Positions 61,132 to 64,000 of a stretch of 64,000 nucleotides of DNA are shown here, in pieces (the stretch's first letter is position 1; each line of letters begins with the position of its first letter). Source of the DNA: Phoronis australis (taxonomy: Eukaryota > Animalia > Phoronida); contig NMRA01000619.1 in NCBI GenBank assembly GCA_002633005.1, positions 21,528 to 85,527 on the forward strand. The letters run 5' to 3'. The notes beneath the pieces are model-generated. The model was given only the letters and a program-made list of their open reading frames with translations. It was not told where the DNA came from and did not search any database. A program made the translations under genes and the position numbers.

Positions 61132-64000
61132 AATGAACATGATCTTTTTTTATTTCTGCGGCACCTGTCTGTTTTTTAATCTTACTATGGCCAAAATATG
61201 ATGTAATTATCAGTCCCCCCATATGTATATTATCGGTTCCTCCATATGTATTATTGATAATATTATTGGTCTCCCACTTGTATTCTTAATTATATCATTG
61301 CAGACCTGTGTACCACCAAAACTCCATTGGAAATCTCCGAACACAAGATTTGCAGATCTTTCAGTAAATTTGCAGATTTTCGCGCAAAGACCAAATTTAC
61401 CCTAAAAAAGGGGGTTTGAATTTTTCGCAGTGGACCTTTAACTTAAAAAACGGGTTTGTTCAGCATTCAGAGCTTTCGCTGAATTCTTGCCTCATTAGTG
61501 GACTTTTGTCTTGTTTTCTCAGAGTTTTGGTTTCTCTCATGACCTTTTGGCCCACTTTGGCAAATGGGGGACTCATTCAAGCCCCCCCACCCTGGGTACA
61601 CGCATGGGTACTTTTCCTACTTACTTGCCTTCAAAATACATGCAATGAATTGATCACCAGTTTCCAGAATAATTTAAGTTGTTTAGTTGAGGGGCAACGC
61701 GCTTAGTGAAAAGATCCTGTTAATCAAACGTCCTTACTGAACTTAGTTATGTTAATACATGCCTAATGCATATACACCTCACTTCTTAACACACAAACAT
61801 ATCAGCAAAAATGAGTTGATGAATCTGCAATGGACAAAGTTTTGCACCAAACGGTATTTTCTTAACCAATCACAAAGGTTTTGAACATTTATTCATTGCA
61901 AGTGTCTGTGAACACATACCATACTACATGTGAAAAGACCTCGAGGCTACAGTCGAGGCTCGACTGTGGCTCGAGTATCGTCAGCTCAACATGCTACGAA
62001 GTCAGTGCAGTCACCATATCCGCAAAAAACAACACCCTACACAACTTACAGTATAAATTCCACGGTCCCTTGAATAAGACATTGTCATTCTTTGGAATAA
62101 CATGATGTTCCCTTCTTTCAGAAGTTTTCTTCACAGCTCGAAATATGTGACCACATGCTTTGCCATTTTGTCAAGAATACGCATTTAGCCGTAAATAGCC
62201 AGAATTAGACGAAGTAAGCAAAACACAAATCACAGAACTCGCTGCTTATAGGTTAGGCCTGTGACACACATACCAATATCAGGCTATTTCGAGAATGAAA
62301 CGAGTTTTCCGAGTTTGTAGATAAACTTTTTGGCTAAAATAATGATTTTACAATAAATTTTTTTAATTTATAACTATAAAATCTTCTTCCTCATCCGTTT
62401 AGATTACAAATTGGCATATTTAATGAAAAACAAGCAAATTACCATATTCGCGTTTTCAGACTTTGCTAAAATAAGCGCCGAGTCCATGAATGTGTACGTG
62501 CGAAAAATACCTTACCTACAGTCCTAAAATTCTACAGTAACCTCTTCAATTTATCAATAATATACGACAGTCCTGAAAAAAATCATTGTGCGCAGAATTT
62601 GTATAGCCTCGCCACTTTGTCGGTATTTAGCTGTGACTATACACTTCAAACTTCCTCCATGCCACAAAACGAACACAAAAGTTCTGCTGACATTGCGAGG
62701 ACCAATGGTCTGGCCTTTCAGAACAGAAGTAGTGTACTTGTCCACGGGATTGCTTTGTAGATATTTCCCGCTTTCAACAGGAATCCAAATTTCTTTGTAG
62801 GCCTACACGTGAAAACCGCAAATTGAAGACTAATAAAAAGCTTGGCCAGTGTTAAAAGCACGTGGCCTGGAAGCGCGCGCTACATACATGAACCTGTCAT
62901 CAAATACATTAGTCGGGAACTATCCATTCATGAAACGGGTAGCATAGCATCAGCAAGAAATGAATATTGGCACTAATTTCCAACAGTTTCTAATACTATA
63001 AAAAATGTCTGCGATATTTTGAAGATGAATTATTTGGTTAACCATAACTGATGCTTTTAAGCCAAATATCCGATAAAATGACCACTGACAGTGAATGCTT
63101 ACACACCCTTACAGCGTCAGATAGTCAGGTACGCCGCATCCAGCCACGCGGCGACTAATATGGCCTTACCGAGACAAATGTCGAATGTTTTAAGCACGAG
63201 ACCGGCAATTGCTGAATGAAACACGCTCTGGTTTAGGCCTACTGCTTGTGCAAATTTCTTTAGATACAATGCACATCTAGCTCGTTAAGATTGCGTGGCT
63301 CTAGCCAAAAGACGGTATCTGCTCTGGTGACACGCATGCGCTCGCTTACTCACTAACGCAGACAACTTCAAAACAAATGTCATGTGACAACAACATGTGT
63401 GTTCGTCCAGACATTTTCCTCATGTTGCCGATCACACATGTAGATGGCACAATGTACTAGCACAGATTTGTACTTAAACCTGGGGTGATCCCTACTCCAT
63501 GGGAACTTAAAAATCTAAGGGACGCTACTTGGAAAACTTAAGGATTTCAGGTAATTTGCTTGAGTCGAAATTGTATTTTTATTCAAGCATTGAAGTCGCC
63601 GTCAGCGAGTTTTCGCCCTGGGACTTTAGCACAATTTTCTATAAAATGATCGTAATTTAGCAGCAAAGTTTAATAGCAATGCACCACGGTTTTGTAGAAA
63701 GTCTTTCATACATTACAGATATGTCACAGAGCGTAAATATGATGAATCTTAGCTTCCGATTTCACCCGTTTCGGAGACGGGGTTTCAATGGCCTTGGGTT
63801 ATAATAATCACCCCCCATGAAATAAACTTTTACGGCAAATACGGTAATAACCTCTTTTGAATTTGCTGAATTTGTATATTTTTGCCTGGCCATGCGTACT
63901 TGAGTACTGGAGGCTGGATTTCCCTATGAATCCACATTTTTCGCGTATGGCATACAGGTCTGTCATTGGTCTCCCCTGTTGTATTCTTAATTATAATATC

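Overview
AT-rich, intron- and repeat-rich animal genomic DNA, probably a marine invertebrate bilaterian (inferred), with one assembly gap. Most entries in the ORF track are spurious. Two host genes lie tail-to-tail. On + is mitochondrial ribosomal protein bL27m/MRPL27 (exons 13834-14021 and 15136-15330; first exon uncertain). On - is a TMC (transmembrane channel-like, TMC5/6/7-type) gene: 11 phase-consistent GT-AG exons from 56354 down to 23741 join into about 579 C-terminal residues, and its 5' exons were not found. The rest is a dense nest of mobile elements. There are three TTAA-flanked, internally deleted Kolobok-type elements: two carry THAP/transposase and KolX (P2X7-ballast-like) remnants, and one is a fold-back with two THAP ends. 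Also present are a Penelope-like element with an inverted terminal repeat and a variant hammerhead, a Tx1/L1 LINE, Academ-like, hAT-like (5- and 6-bp TSD), Harbinger and pogo-like elements, and a BEL remnant. A Helentron/HINE-like family has internal ~150-bp monomers that each carry a CTCF-consensus-like motif. All family assignments come from manual motif and terminus recognition, not database searches.
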